A DNA stretch of 43,698 nucleotides from Candidatus Falkowbacteria bacterium (GCA_037137655.1 JBAXJX010000003.1:1-43698); one strand, 5' to 3'. Positions 24,283 to 33,899 are shown, numbered from the stretch's first letter. Numbers and translations are program-made. The notes: generated by a model not told the origin, from the letters alone.

Positions 24283-24687
24283 TTATTTATTAATTTCGTC
24301 TAATAATTTTATAAATTTAGCTAACTCATCTTCACTAGTTTCTGGAAAAAAATCCTCTGTTTTCATTTCAATTGTGGCTGTGGCATCTTGCAATAAAGTT
24401 TTCCCAGCTGGGGTTAGGGAAGCGTAGCGTGCTCTGGCGTCGTCATCACTGGCATCGCGCTCGACGATGTGTAATTTTTCTAGCGGTAAAAGCATGCGGG
24501 TGATGCCGGAAGCGGTTAATCCTAGTTTATCAGCCAAATCAATGCGACGCAATTTTCCTTCCGGTGCAGCGTTAAGATGATATAGAATTGTAAAGTCGCT
24601 AAAGTCCAAGCCGTGACCACTTAAACGGCGGGACAGCACGGCGTTAGTTTTGTTGATAGCGAATAAAAAAGGAATCGTGTTTTTCAT
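24283..24687 (-). CDS. MarR-family transcriptional regulator
   Basis: Winged-HTH region RIDLADKLGLTASGITRMLLPLEKLHIVERD...DARARYASLTPAG. Confidence 0.85.
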   Translation of the reverse strand: MKNTIPFLFAINKTNAVLSRRLSGHGLDFSDFTILYHLNAAPEGKLRRIDLADKLGLTASGITRMLLPLEKLHIVERDASDDDARARYASLTPAGKTLLQDATATIEMKTEDFFPETSEDELAKFIKLLDEINK

Positions 24688-24708
24688 AAGTTTTTGTTAT
24701 TTAATTAA

Positions 24709-24748
24709 TTGATATATCAAGTATATCGCAAACTCGTTGACATGTCAA
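24709..24748. promoter_or_regulatory. two perfect 12-bp palindromes (candidate MarR operators) overlapping the marR promoter
   Basis: TTGATATATCAA (24709-24720) and TTGACATGTCAA (24737-24748). On the minus strand, TTGACA (24743-24748), 17-nt spacer, TATACT (24720-24725). Confidence 0.6.
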
Positions 24749-24772
24749 GTATTATATTCTTGGGCTTAAATA

Positions 24773-24801
24773 TTGACAAAATAAAGAATTTAGTCTAAGT
24801 T
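24773..24801 (+). promoter_or_regulatory. candidate purM promoter
   Basis: TTGACA (24773-24778), 17-nt spacer, TAAGTT (24796-24801). Confidence 0.4.
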
Positions 24802-24848
24802 TAAGCCAGTTCTTAATATATTTAATAATTTAAAAAAAGGAGGCTGAG

Positions 24849-26009
24849 ATGGCTGAAAATAATGACAAGTATAAACAAGACGGCGTTGATATTACTGCTG
24901 GTGATGCTTTTAGTGGTTTTTGCGGTGGTATTTGTAAGAGTACTTATGAGAATTCACCTTTTGTAAAAGTAATTGACATGTCTCGCGGAAATTTTCGCGG
25001 ACCTCGAGCTTTTAGTCTTAAGGGATTACCGGAAGGATCGGTTTTAACAATGGCCACTGACGGTATTGGCACTAAAGTTATTCAAATCGTCGCTTCCGGT
25101 AAAATGGAAACAGCGGCTAGTAATGTTATCGCGATGACCGCCATGGACATTACTCGTTATGGTGGATTGCCTTTGGTTTTTATGAACATTTTTGATGTTC
25201 GCAGCCTAGGCGATGGTGTTGATTCAGAAACTTACCAAATGTGCCAAGATGTTATGATTGGTTTGCAAACAGTCGCACAAGAAAATGGCTATGTCGTGTT
25301 AGGCGGGGAAACGGCTGAACTTGGTGTTTGTGTCGGCTCGGAAGATCCGGACGCTAAATTAATGTTCAATTGGGGCGGAACAATGCTCGGTGTTTATCAT
25401 CCTAAAAAAATGATTTATGGCGACACGCTTCGTCCTGGTCAAATCATTGTTGCCTTGCAAGACGATTTTCGCAGTAACGGAATCAGCAGTGTCAGAAAAG
25501 CGCTTAAAATTAAGTATGGTGATAATTGGTATAAAAATCCAAACGCCTTACCGGACATTATTGCCGCTTCGACAGCTTCTACGCAGTACGATCGTTTTCT
25601 TAATTATGCTCATGGCTGGATTAATGATAAAAATGAAGCTTCGTTAGAACCACTAATCCCAATGCATTTAATTGTCCATTTATCAGGTGGAGCTTTTGAA
25701 TCAAAACTGGGCAATGATATGCTTAAGCCTCAAGGTCTTTCGGCGGAATTAAATGGTTTATTTTATCCTCCGGAAATCATGGCAAAATGTGCTCGTTGGC
25801 GCGGTCTTTCAGATGAGGAATGTTATCGAACTTGGAATGGTGGACAAGGTGCTATTGTTGTTATCGACGAGGAAGATCTTCGTGAGTTTGATCGCTTAGC
25901 CGCTAAATTCAATGTGGAAATTAAAATTGCCGGTAAAATTACTGAAAAGCGGGATTACACGGTGGCGATTAAATCCAAATTCGGTTTAGGTAAAACTATC
26001 TATTATTAA
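24849..26009 (+). CDS. purM: phosphoribosylformylglycinamidine cyclo-ligase (AIR synthase)
   Basis: YKQDGVDITAGDAF, ATDGIGTKV, GGETAE and HLSGGAF. Collinear with E. coli PurM as I recall it. Strong RBS aaggagg. Confidence 0.8.
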   Translation: MAENNDKYKQDGVDITAGDAFSGFCGGICKSTYENSPFVKVIDMSRGNFRGPRAFSLKGLPEGSVLTMATDGIGTKVIQIVASGKMETAASNVIAMTAMDITRYGGLPLVFMNIFDVRSLGDGVDSETYQMCQDVMIGLQTVAQENGYVVLGGETAELGVCVGSEDPDAKLMFNWGGTMLGVYHPKKMIYGDTLRPGQIIVALQDDFRSNGISSVRKALKIKYGDNWYKNPNALPDIIAASTASTQYDRFLNYAHGWINDKNEASLEPLIPMHLIVHLSGGAFESKLGNDMLKPQGLSAELNGLFYPPEIMAKCARWRGLSDEECYRTWNGGQGAIVVIDEEDLREFDRLAAKFNVEIKIAGKITEKRDYTVAIKSKFGLGKTIYY

Positions 26010-26035
26010 CATGTTCCAACATTTTTTAAATTTTT

Positions 26036-26068
26036 TCACAAAGCCCTTTCTACGGAGAGGGCTTTTTT
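26036..26068 (+). terminator. Rho-independent terminator (copy 1 of a roughly 41-nt repeat)
   Basis: Stem gccctttc / gagagggc with loop tacg, plus T-run. Confidence 0.85.
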
Positions 26069-26190
26069 ATTTGACTTTTCTTAAAAAAAATACTAACATC
26101 TTCTATTAACAAACGCTAAGTTTAGCGATTGTTTGGGCACATTAATAATTTAAATAAACTAGTATAAACCAATAAATTTTAAAGTAAATC

Positions 26191-29100
26191 ATGACAGAGA
26201 AAAGAAAGAATCCAGTAAGTCATTATTATCGTCAGATTAATCCCAATTTGGAGTTCTGCTTTAATGTTGAAGTTAGCGAGCCGCTAACCAGTGAAGAAGA
26301 AAATGCTCTTACTTGGCTTTTGGCCGAGACATTTTCACCACAAAACTTAACTCCAAATAGCCAATTACGGCCGACGGCAGATAAGAAAATAATTGAAGTT
26401 GGGCCTTTGCTCAATTTTGCTACGCCTTGGAATACTAATGCGCTGTCGATTTTACGCAGTTGTGGTATTTCTAAGATTACTCGCATCGAAAGATCTATCC
26501 GCCGTTTGACTAATGAAAACGTGGACTATGATCGGATGATGGAGGGTATTTATCCTGAGCCGTTGCAATCGTTTGCGAGCGGATTAAAACCAGCCGAAGT
26601 TTATGATGTGCCATTAATGGAAAAAGGTTTAGCCGCTTATGATGAGCTGCAAGGTCTTTCTATGGATGCGCATGATAAGCAAGCTTATTATGATTATTTT
26701 GTGGGTCAGTGCGGACGCAATCCGACTATCGTTGAACTTATTGACTTGAATAACGCCAATAGCGAACATTCTCGTCATGGTTATTTCAAGGGTCGGCAAA
26801 TTATTGATGGTGTTTTGATGCCAGAAACTTTAATGGACATAGTTAAGTCAACGCTAAAAGAAGGCACTAACAGTTTATTAGCTTTTTGTGATAATTCTAG
26901 TGTAATTCGCGGAACGGTTATTAATACGATCATTCCGGAAAAACCTGGTTTTTCATCTTTTTTTGTGCCGGCGAAATTAAATTACCATTTCTTGTTTACT
27001 GCCGAAACTCACAATTTTCCTTCCGGTATTGCGCCGATTCCCGGTGCTGAAACTGGGGCTGGTGGTCGTATCCGCGATGTGCAAGCGACCGGTCGTGGTG
27101 GCTTGATGTTAGCTGGAACGGCTGGCTATTGTGTGGGTAATTTACATTTCGGTGATCATTTTGATCGCGATGATTTACCCTGGGAAAAGCGTGGCTTAAT
27201 TTATCCAAGTAATTTAGCGACACCGCTGGAGATTTTAATTAAAGCTTCCAATGGGGCGTCGGATTACGGCAATAAAATTGGCGAACCACTAATTCAAGGT
27301 TTTGTGCGGGCCGGAGCTTTATTTATACCAAATGGAGCTATTCTTAGACGTGAGTGGTTAAAACCAATTATGTTTACCGGTGGTATTGGTCAAATCAACG
27401 ATCTTCATTTAATTAAACAAGAAGCGCAAGCTGGAATGTTAATTGTGGAAATTGGTGGTTTTGGCTATCGCATTGGTTTTGGTGGTGGTGCCGCTTCTTC
27501 TTTGATGCAAGGTGAAAATAAGGCGGAACTTGACTTTAATGCCGTTCAACGGGGTGACCCGGAAATGGCCCAAAAAGTTAATCGTGTGGTGCGAGCTTGT
27601 TGTGAAATGGGAGAAACTAATCCAATTGTCAGTATTCATGATCAAGGTGCGGGCGGACCGGCTAATGTCTTAAAAGAGTTAGTCGAAAAATCTGGTGGCC
27701 GCATTGATATTCGAAAAATCAATGTGGGCGATCCGAGTATGTCGGTCCTAGAAATCTGGGTCTGTGAATTCCAAGAGCGCAACGGAATACTAATTAGTCC
27801 GGATAGAATAGCTGAATTTCAAGCTATTTGCCGGCGCGAAAAAGTACCATGTGAACTTTTGGGTGAAGCGAGTGATGATGGTCATTTTGTGTTGGAAGAC
27901 AGTCTTAATGGCACCACTCCAGTTAATATGGAGTTAAATGCTGTTTTGGGTGGCATGCCGCAAAAAACTTTTTCTTCCGAACATTTACCAAAAAACTTAG
28001 TACCATTTAACACTAGGGTGTTCCATTCAGAGAAGATTAATGAAGCTTTAAATCGGGTTTTACATTTACCATCTATTGGTTCTAAGAGATTTCTGATTAA
28101 TAAAGTCGACCGCAGTGTTACCGGCTTAATTGCCCAACAACAATGTTGTGGTCCTTTACATTTACCGGTGTCTGATGTTGCCGTGGTGTCTCATAGTCAC
28201 TTTCCTAATGACTTAGGATTGTATGCTGGGGCAGCTATGTCAATTGGTGAACAACCAATTAAGATGTTGGTTAATGCCGCTGCTGGTGCTCGTATGGCCG
28301 GAGGTGAAGCTTTGACTAATATTGTTTGGGCGCGTTTAAGTAGTCTTGGTGATATTAAATGCTCAGCTAATTGGATGGGAGCACCAAAACTACCTGGTGA
28401 AGGTGCAGAAATGTATGATGCTGCGTGTGCTCTGCGTGATTTTATGGTTGCTGTTGGTATTGCAGTTGATGGTGGTAAGGATAGTATGTCGATGGTGACG
28501 ATGGTGCCTGATGGTAATGGCCAAATTGAAATGGTTAAATCACCATTATCGTTAGTTATTTCGGCTTATTGTACGGTACCGGATATTACAAAAGTAATTA
28601 CGCCCGATATTAAAGCGCCAGGTAAAAGTAGGATTATGCGCATTGATTTGGCCAGTGGTCGTCGTCGTTTAGGCGGTTCGGCTTTGGCTCAAGTCTTTGA
28701 ACAAATTGGTCATGAGTCTCCTGATATTGATGATCCAAAATTATTTGTCGCTGGCTTTGAATTTATTCAAAATGCGATTGATATGGACTTGATTTTAGCG
28801 GGTCATGATATTTCCGATGGTGGCATGATTGTCGCTTTGCTAGAAATGTTATTCTCTGGTAATTGTGGCTTTCAAGGTGTATTTAATTCATTGCCTAGCC
28901 CTCAAAATGTAGTTGATGAATTATTTGCCGAGGAAGCTGGTTTCTTAATTGAGTATTTCCCGGAAAACGAAGACTTGATTGTGCGGACCTTGAGGAATAA
29001 CAAAATTCCTTACTCAATTTTGGGCAAAACTTTACTTGATAAACATGTTTCGTTTGGATGTGACGCTTGTATTGGTGGTGCTTGTAAATTAATCGATGAA

Positions 29101-30066
29101 TCAATGTTATCATTGCGCTCTAAATGGGAAGATACTAGTTATAAATTAGAATTTTCACAATGTGCAGCGGAGATGGTTAGAGAAGAGAACGTTACAAGTT
29201 TTGATCGTTCTGGTCCAGCTTATAAACTTTCTTTTAAACAAAAAGTCTTTGGACCTGAATGTGCCGCAGTTCGATTCCCAGTAGCTATTATTCGCGAAGA
29301 AGGTAATAATGGTGATCGTGAAATGACCTCAGCTTTTTTTCAAGCCGGGTTTGAACCGCGTGATGTTAATATGGATGATTTAGTTTCAGGTCGCGTTGAT
29401 TTGGCTGATTTCCGTGGTATCATCTTTGCTGGTGGTTTTAGTTATGCCGACGTCTTGGATTCAGCTAAAGGTTGGGCCGGAGTTATTAAATTCAATAAAA
29501 AAGTAAAAGCGATGTTTGATGAATTTTATCAAAGATCGGACACTTTTTCTTTGGGTGTTTGTAACGGTTGCCAACTTTCAGCTTTGCTCGGATTTATTCC
29601 AGGTGGTGGAATTGATGATGTTTCTCAACCTCGTTTTATTAAAAATAATTCGGGACGATACGAATCAAGATTTTCCACAGTGGTAATTAAAGACAGCCCA
29701 GCAATTATGTTGCAGGGTATGGCTGGAGCAGCCTTAGGTATTTGGGTGGCTCACGGCGAAGGCAAATTGTTTTGTCCAGATGAAAAAGACTATAAAACAA
29801 TTATAGATCAAAATCTGGCTCCAATTCGTTATGCTGACGACGAGGGAAATCCAACTATGACTTATCCGCTTAATCCAAATGGTTCGCCTGATGGAATTGC
29901 AGCTTTATGTGACTCGACCGGAAGACATCTCGCTATGATGCCACATCCCGAAAGAACATTCTTGAAGTGGCAATGGCCCTATTGGCCCAGCGCTTGGAAG
30001 GAAGAAGATCTTTCTCCTTGGTCAAAGATGTTTCAAAACGCTTACGAATGGTGTTTAAAACATTAA
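26191..30066 (+). CDS. purL: phosphoribosylformylglycinamidine synthase, single-chain large form
   Basis: 1291 aa. ETHNFPSGIAPIPGAETGAGGRIRD and a duplicated AIR-synthase-like core. The C-terminal glutaminase domain has GVCNGCQ and MMPHPER. Confidence 0.95.
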   Translation: MTEKRKNPVSHYYRQINPNLEFCFNVEVSEPLTSEEENALTWLLAETFSPQNLTPNSQLRPTADKKIIEVGPLLNFATPWNTNALSILRSCGISKITRIERSIRRLTNENVDYDRMMEGIYPEPLQSFASGLKPAEVYDVPLMEKGLAAYDELQGLSMDAHDKQAYYDYFVGQCGRNPTIVELIDLNNANSEHSRHGYFKGRQIIDGVLMPETLMDIVKSTLKEGTNSLLAFCDNSSVIRGTVINTIIPEKPGFSSFFVPAKLNYHFLFTAETHNFPSGIAPIPGAETGAGGRIRDVQATGRGGLMLAGTAGYCVGNLHFGDHFDRDDLPWEKRGLIYPSNLATPLEILIKASNGASDYGNKIGEPLIQGFVRAGALFIPNGAILRREWLKPIMFTGGIGQINDLHLIKQEAQAGMLIVEIGGFGYRIGFGGGAASSLMQGENKAELDFNAVQRGDPEMAQKVNRVVRACCEMGETNPIVSIHDQGAGGPANVLKELVEKSGGRIDIRKINVGDPSMSVLEIWVCEFQERNGILISPDRIAEFQAICRREKVPCELLGEASDDGHFVLEDSLNGTTPVNMELNAVLGGMPQKTFSSEHLPKNLVPFNTRVFHSEKINEALNRVLHLPSIGSKRFLINKVDRSVTGLIAQQQCCGPLHLPVSDVAVVSHSHFPNDLGLYAGAAMSIGEQPIKMLVNAAAGARMAGGEALTNIVWARLSSLGDIKCSANWMGAPKLPGEGAEMYDAACALRDFMVAVGIAVDGGKDSMSMVTMVPDGNGQIEMVKSPLSLVISAYCTVPDITKVITPDIKAPGKSRIMRIDLASGRRRLGGSALAQVFEQIGHESPDIDDPKLFVAGFEFIQNAIDMDLILAGHDISDGGMIVALLEMLFSGNCGFQGVFNSLPSPQNVVDELFAEEAGFLIEYFPENEDLIVRTLRNNKIPYSILGKTLLDKHVSFGCDACIGGACKLIDESMLSLRSKWEDTSYKLEFSQCAAEMVREENVTSFDRSGPAYKLSFKQKVFGPECAAVRFPVAIIREEGNNGDREMTSAFFQAGFEPRDVNMDDLVSGRVDLADFRGIIFAGGFSYADVLDSAKGWAGVIKFNKKVKAMFDEFYQRSDTFSLGVCNGCQLSALLGFIPGGGIDDVSQPRFIKNNSGRYESRFSTVVIKDSPAIMLQGMAGAALGIWVAHGEGKLFCPDEKDYKTIIDQNLAPIRYADDEGNPTMTYPLNPNGSPDGIAALCDSTGRHLAMMPHPERTFLKWQWPYWPSAWKEEDLSPWSKMFQNAYEWCLKH

Positions 30067-30077
30067 AATTATTTTTC

Positions 30078-30108
30078 GCAAAGCCCTTTCTACGGAGAGG
30101 GCTTTTTT
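30078..30108 (+). terminator. Rho-independent terminator (copy 2 of the roughly 41-nt repeat)
   Basis: 30072-30113 matches 26032-26073 with one mismatch. Confidence 0.85.
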
Positions 30109-30151
30109 ATTTTTATTAAGCTTTATGTTATAATGCTAATGAAAAAATATT

Positions 30152-30904
30152 ATGCCCAAACTTAATTATAAAATAATTATTCCGCTTTTTGTTTTAGGTT
30201 TAATTGTGGCCTATTTTATTTTTGCGTATAATTATGTTTTTTATAAAATCGGGCAGGGAGGTTTAACATTTGTCGATATGCAAAAAGTTTATGTATTAAA
30301 TGAAAAATTAAATACGTCCGACAAAGTGGTTTATGCCGCGCTCGGCGACAGCTTAACTGCTGGGGCGGGAGCGAGTAAATACGAAGAATCTTGGCCTTAT
30401 CTTGTGGCCCAAAAATTAGCGGGTGATTCGCGCCGCGTGGTGTTAACTGATTTTGCAGTACCGGGTTATCGCACAGATGATTTACTTAATGTTTTAGTTG
30501 ATCCAGCGCTTAATAGTAAACCGGATGTTGTTACTTTGCTGATTGGTACTAATGATATTTATTCCAATGTTAGCGCGGAAGAGTTTGCGCAAAATTATCG
30601 TGCGATTTTAGAAAAATTAAAAAGCGCTAAAACTAAAGTTTATTTAATTAGCATTCCGTTTATTGGTTCCAGTTCTATTATTCTGCCAGCTTACAGTTCT
30701 TATAGTGCTGCGCGTATTACCAAATTTAATAATATTATTAATAATTTTGCGAAAGAGTACGGCTTTGCTTACATTGATATTGCTACGCCGACGAAGAATT
30801 TGTTAAAGACTGATGGCACTCATTATAGTGCTGACGCTTTTCATCCTTCGGCATCTGGTTATGCGCTCTTCGCCAATCTAATTTATGATCATCTCAATTA
30901 CTAA
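30152..30904 (+). CDS. SGNH/GDSL-family hydrolase with N-terminal membrane anchor
   Basis: ALGDSLTAGAG (block I), GTNDI (block III) and DAFHPS (block V). Confidence 0.8.
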   Translation: MPKLNYKIIIPLFVLGLIVAYFIFAYNYVFYKIGQGGLTFVDMQKVYVLNEKLNTSDKVVYAALGDSLTAGAGASKYEESWPYLVAQKLAGDSRRVVLTDFAVPGYRTDDLLNVLVDPALNSKPDVVTLLIGTNDIYSNVSAEEFAQNYRAILEKLKSAKTKVYLISIPFIGSSSIILPAYSSYSAARITKFNNIINNFAKEYGFAYIDIATPTKNLLKTDGTHYSADAFHPSASGYALFANLIYDHLNY

Positions 30905-32003
30905 CGTCGCCGAGGCCACTTTCGTTTTTATAACTTTACTGGCCATCGTTTTTTTTGTATCAATTTATAAAAGAAAGGATACTGGTCTTAGTCCGGCGGC
31001 CTCAACCGAGCTAAAAGGTTTTGCAATTTTAGCAATTATCTTTTCGCATGTTGGTTATTTTTTGGTTAGTGATACACATTTTTTATATCCACTGACAATT
31101 TTTGCTGGCGTCGGTGTTGATATTTTCTTGTTACTTTCTGGTTACGGCATCGCTGTTTCCCAAATTAAAAAAGATTATAAGCCATGGGAATTTTACAAAC
31201 AACGTTTATTAAAATTGCTTGTCCCATTTTGGTTGGTTTTAATTGTTTTTTTCTTTTTAAACTCTTTATTCTCTAATGCAATTTATTCTTGGTCTTATAT
31301 TTTGCGTGACTTTTTGGGCTTTTTTCCGCGCGCTGATTTATATCAAGATGTTAATTCTCCTTTGTGGTATTTTACTTTCATCTTGTTTTGTTATTTGGTT
31401 TTTCCGTTATTATTTTCCAAAAAACGCCCAGCCTTGTCGGCTCTAGGCATCTTTGTCGCGCTTTGTGGTTTATGGTATTTAAGTTATAATTTTTTTCCAT
31501 CAGTTTCCGGTTTGTATAGTGTACACGTTGTCGCCTTTCCATTAGGTGTATTATTAGCTGGCATTTTACAAAATGAAGCTGTGGCTTTAAAAATGCAAAC
31601 CTCTAAATTCTTTAATAAACTTTCCGATCCTAAGTCAGTTTGGAATTATGTCGCCCAAATAATTTTATTATCAATTTTTTGCTACACCATTTATCGTTCT
31701 GGTGTCGGTAAAGGTGTTTTTCTGGAACAGGGGATTAGCTTGATTTCGGTGGCGGCGATTGTGGGATTCTTTTCGGTTAAAAGATTCGGTGTTAAATTAT
31801 TTTACCTTGTTGGCGTTTATTCCTATGAACTTTATTTGTTGCATTGGCCGATTATGTATCGTTACGATTTTCTATTTAAATTTTTACCGGCCTGGGCAGC
31901 GATGGCTTTGTATCTAATTGTTTTCATTGGCTTGGGTTGGGTTTTACAAAAAGTCGCCGGATTTATCGGTGATAGAATTAACCCAAAACCAGCTATTAAA
32001 TAA
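30885..32003 (+). CDS. acyltransferase family 3 (AT3) integral membrane O-acyltransferase
   Basis: About 10 hydrophobic helices. ELKGFAILAIIFSHVGY is the AT3 N-terminal motif with the catalytic His. Overlaps the SGNH gene by 20 nt. Confidence 0.75.
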   Translation: MIISITNVAEATFVFITLLAIVFFVSIYKRKDTGLSPAASTELKGFAILAIIFSHVGYFLVSDTHFLYPLTIFAGVGVDIFLLLSGYGIAVSQIKKDYKPWEFYKQRLLKLLVPFWLVLIVFFFLNSLFSNAIYSWSYILRDFLGFFPRADLYQDVNSPLWYFTFILFCYLVFPLLFSKKRPALSALGIFVALCGLWYLSYNFFPSVSGLYSVHVVAFPLGVLLAGILQNEAVALKMQTSKFFNKLSDPKSVWNYVAQIILLSIFCYTIYRSGVGKGVFLEQGISLISVAAIVGFFSVKRFGVKLFYLVGVYSYELYLLHWPIMYRYDFLFKFLPAWAAMALYLIVFIGLGWVLQKVAGFIGDRINPKPAIK

Positions 32004-32005
32004 TT

Positions 32006-32506
32006 ATGCAAATTCCGACTAGACGTTCCGATAAAATTCCGCGCGTAAAATCCGATCCGTTTATTACGCGGGATAAATATGATGAGTTATTAGCCAGACG
32101 TGATCGTTTGATAAATTTTTCACGTCCGAAAGCGGCGATTGATGTGAAGCACATGGCGTCGATGGGCGATTTTTCGGAGAATGCTGGTTATCAAATGGCC
32201 AAAGCAAAATTACGCGGCATTAATAATCGCGTTAATGAAATTGAAGACTTATTGCGTCGCGCCCAAATTATTGAAAATCGGGGAGCGAGTGACGAGGTGC
32301 GTGTGGGCTCATCTTTGGAGCTGGAAGTTAACGGCAAAGTGAAAACTTATCAAATTCTTGGCTCGGCCGAAAGTGATCCAGCTCGCGGAATCATTTCTCA
32401 TGTTTCACCGCTAGGCAAGGCTTTGTTAGGGCATCATGAGGATGAAGTGGTTTTATTGGAGTTACCGGAGCGGACGGTGCAATACAAAATTATCAAGATA
32501 TTCTAA
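32006..32506 (+). CDS. greA: transcription elongation factor GreA
   Basis: MGDFSENAGYQMAKAKLRGINNRVNEIEDLLRRAQII. The C-terminal domain has ILGSAESDPARGIISHVSPLGKALLG. Confidence 0.9.
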   Translation: MQIPTRRSDKIPRVKSDPFITRDKYDELLARRDRLINFSRPKAAIDVKHMASMGDFSENAGYQMAKAKLRGINNRVNEIEDLLRRAQIIENRGASDEVRVGSSLELEVNGKVKTYQILGSAESDPARGIISHVSPLGKALLGHHEDEVVLLELPERTVQYKIIKIF

Positions 32507-32529
32507 AGAGGCCTAAATGGTCTCTTTTT
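32507..32529 (+). terminator. Rho-independent terminator
   Basis: Stem agaggcc / ggtctct (one G-U pair) plus T-run. Confidence 0.6.
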
Positions 32530-32615
32530 CGTTATAATATTGACTTATGTTAATAAATGTGTTATAATTGTGATTATAAAAGTTCGTTAAAAATCTAACC
32601 TTAAATCTTGTAAAA

Positions 32616-33113
32616 ATGAGAAATTCAGAAAGTTTTCAAATCAGTGAAAAAGTCGTTAAAACTTTTTCTTTAATTTCAATTGTGTCGATAATTATTGCGA
32701 TTTGTTCAGGCTTGTATTATTTGCTTGTTGCTAAAATTGCCATTCTAGACACTGTTGCTTGCTACGGATTTACGCTCTTTGTAGTGCCATTCTTAATTTT
32801 TTTACCAGTTATGGTAGCAAATTATAGTAAAGGCCTTTCAATTGATAATTCAGAATTTACCAAACCAATTATGTGGTTTTTCTTTATTATTATTAATCCA
32901 TTTATCATCATGTGGTTTTTGTCAGGACTAAATGCTTTATATCATTTTGTGCCAGATTATCATGTGGCTGATAGGATTTTAGCGGAAGTCTTAAGAAACA
33001 ATTTTCAGCAAAAAATGTTTTCCACGTTTATAATGATTTATGGGTCGCTAATTTCTGTGGGATTAATTTTAAGAATGTTTAAAATTAATAGCAGAACAGT
33101 TTTGGCGCAATAA
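32616..33113 (+). CDS. hypothetical multi-pass membrane protein
   Basis: 165-aa ORF with 4-5 hydrophobic segments. No recognised family. Confidence 0.5.
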   Translation: MRNSESFQISEKVVKTFSLISIVSIIIAICSGLYYLLVAKIAILDTVACYGFTLFVVPFLIFLPVMVANYSKGLSIDNSEFTKPIMWFFFIIINPFIIMWFLSGLNALYHFVPDYHVADRILAEVLRNNFQQKMFSTFIMIYGSLISVGLILRMFKINSRTVLAQ

Positions 33114-33166
33114 AACAAAAAAATAAATAGAAATACAAAGGAAGTCTAAACTTTAAATTTACGGTA

Positions 33167-33442
33167 ATGAAAACATCGGATGGTAAAATAACAAGAATTC
33201 AGCCAGGAGATATGATAATAATTTATCTTCAAAAGTTAAATTGTCCAGTAGCAACTGTCACAAGATCTTCGAAGCCTTTATTTTTTGAATCCAACGGGGA
33301 AGAGGAAAAAGCTTTTAATGGTGTTCCAGCTAATTATGATAGCTGTAAAAAAATCGTTAACGCTATTTGTGAATTCACTGGCATGCAAGCGACTGAAAAG
33401 GAGAACAACGTAAATCTCGTTGCCTTTAAGTTTAATAACTAA
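33167..33442 (+). CDS. hypothetical protein
   Basis: 91-aa ORF followed by hairpin 33457-33488. No recognised family. Confidence 0.4.
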   Translation: MKTSDGKITRIQPGDMIIIYLQKLNCPVATVTRSSKPLFFESNGEEEKAFNGVPANYDSCKKIVNAICEFTGMQATEKENNVNLVAFKFNN

Positions 33443-33500
33443 GAAATCGAAAAAAAGTAAGGAGAGCTAAGTCCAGCCCTCCTTTTTTATTTGCCAAAAT

Positions 33501-33546
33501 AAAAAAACCGCCTTTGGCCGTTGTACGTCAGCTTGGCGGTTTTTTC
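33501..33546. terminator. bidirectional terminator-like hairpin
   Basis: Stem aaaccgcc / ggcggttt with a 22-nt loop, flanked by an A-run and a T-run. Lies directly 3' of the minus-strand ORF 33560-33805. Confidence 0.55.
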
Positions 33547-33559
33547 TATATTTCAATTT

Positions 33560-33805
33560 TTAAACACTAAAGTAGGAAACTTTTCTAGCTCGGGCCATAG
33601 CACTTAAGCGAATGATTACGGCTGGACTAGATAGAATGGATACGCCTTGTTGGGGAATTAGGTAATGAATTTTTTTCTGACCGAAGAATGATTTTTTAAC
33701 ACTTGGGAAATTCGTGGAAATTTTTTTGTTTTTGTTTTGACCAAGGCCAAGAACCAATTTGTTGATAACTACATTTTTGTAGTCTTTGTTGTTTTTGTTA
33801 AACAT
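33560..33805 (-). CDS. small basic hypothetical protein, divergent from lexA-like gene
   Basis: 81-aa Lys/Asn-rich ORF. Driven by a consensus minus-strand promoter and followed by a terminator. Confidence 0.5.
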   Translation of the reverse strand: MFNKNNKDYKNVVINKLVLGLGQNKNKKISTNFPSVKKSFFGQKKIHYLIPQQGVSILSSPAVIIRLSAMARARKVSYFSV

Positions 33806-33870
33806 ATGGGGATTGTTTAGTTCATCAATATTATAAGTGTAATTGATGAAGGTTAATTAATTATAAATTT

Positions 33871-33899
33871 ATTATAACGCAAATAAAAATAGCTGTCAA
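33871..33899 (-). promoter_or_regulatory. consensus sigma-70 promoter (minus strand)
   Basis: Minus strand reads TTGACA (33894-33899), 17-nt spacer, TATAAT (33871-33876). Confidence 0.65.

Noticed and set aside
25417-29113. Alternative-frame and antisense ORFs within purM and purL (25417-25647, 26232-26486, 26996-27223, 27439-27645, 28895-29113)
   Set aside because: All lie inside strongly supported CDSs.
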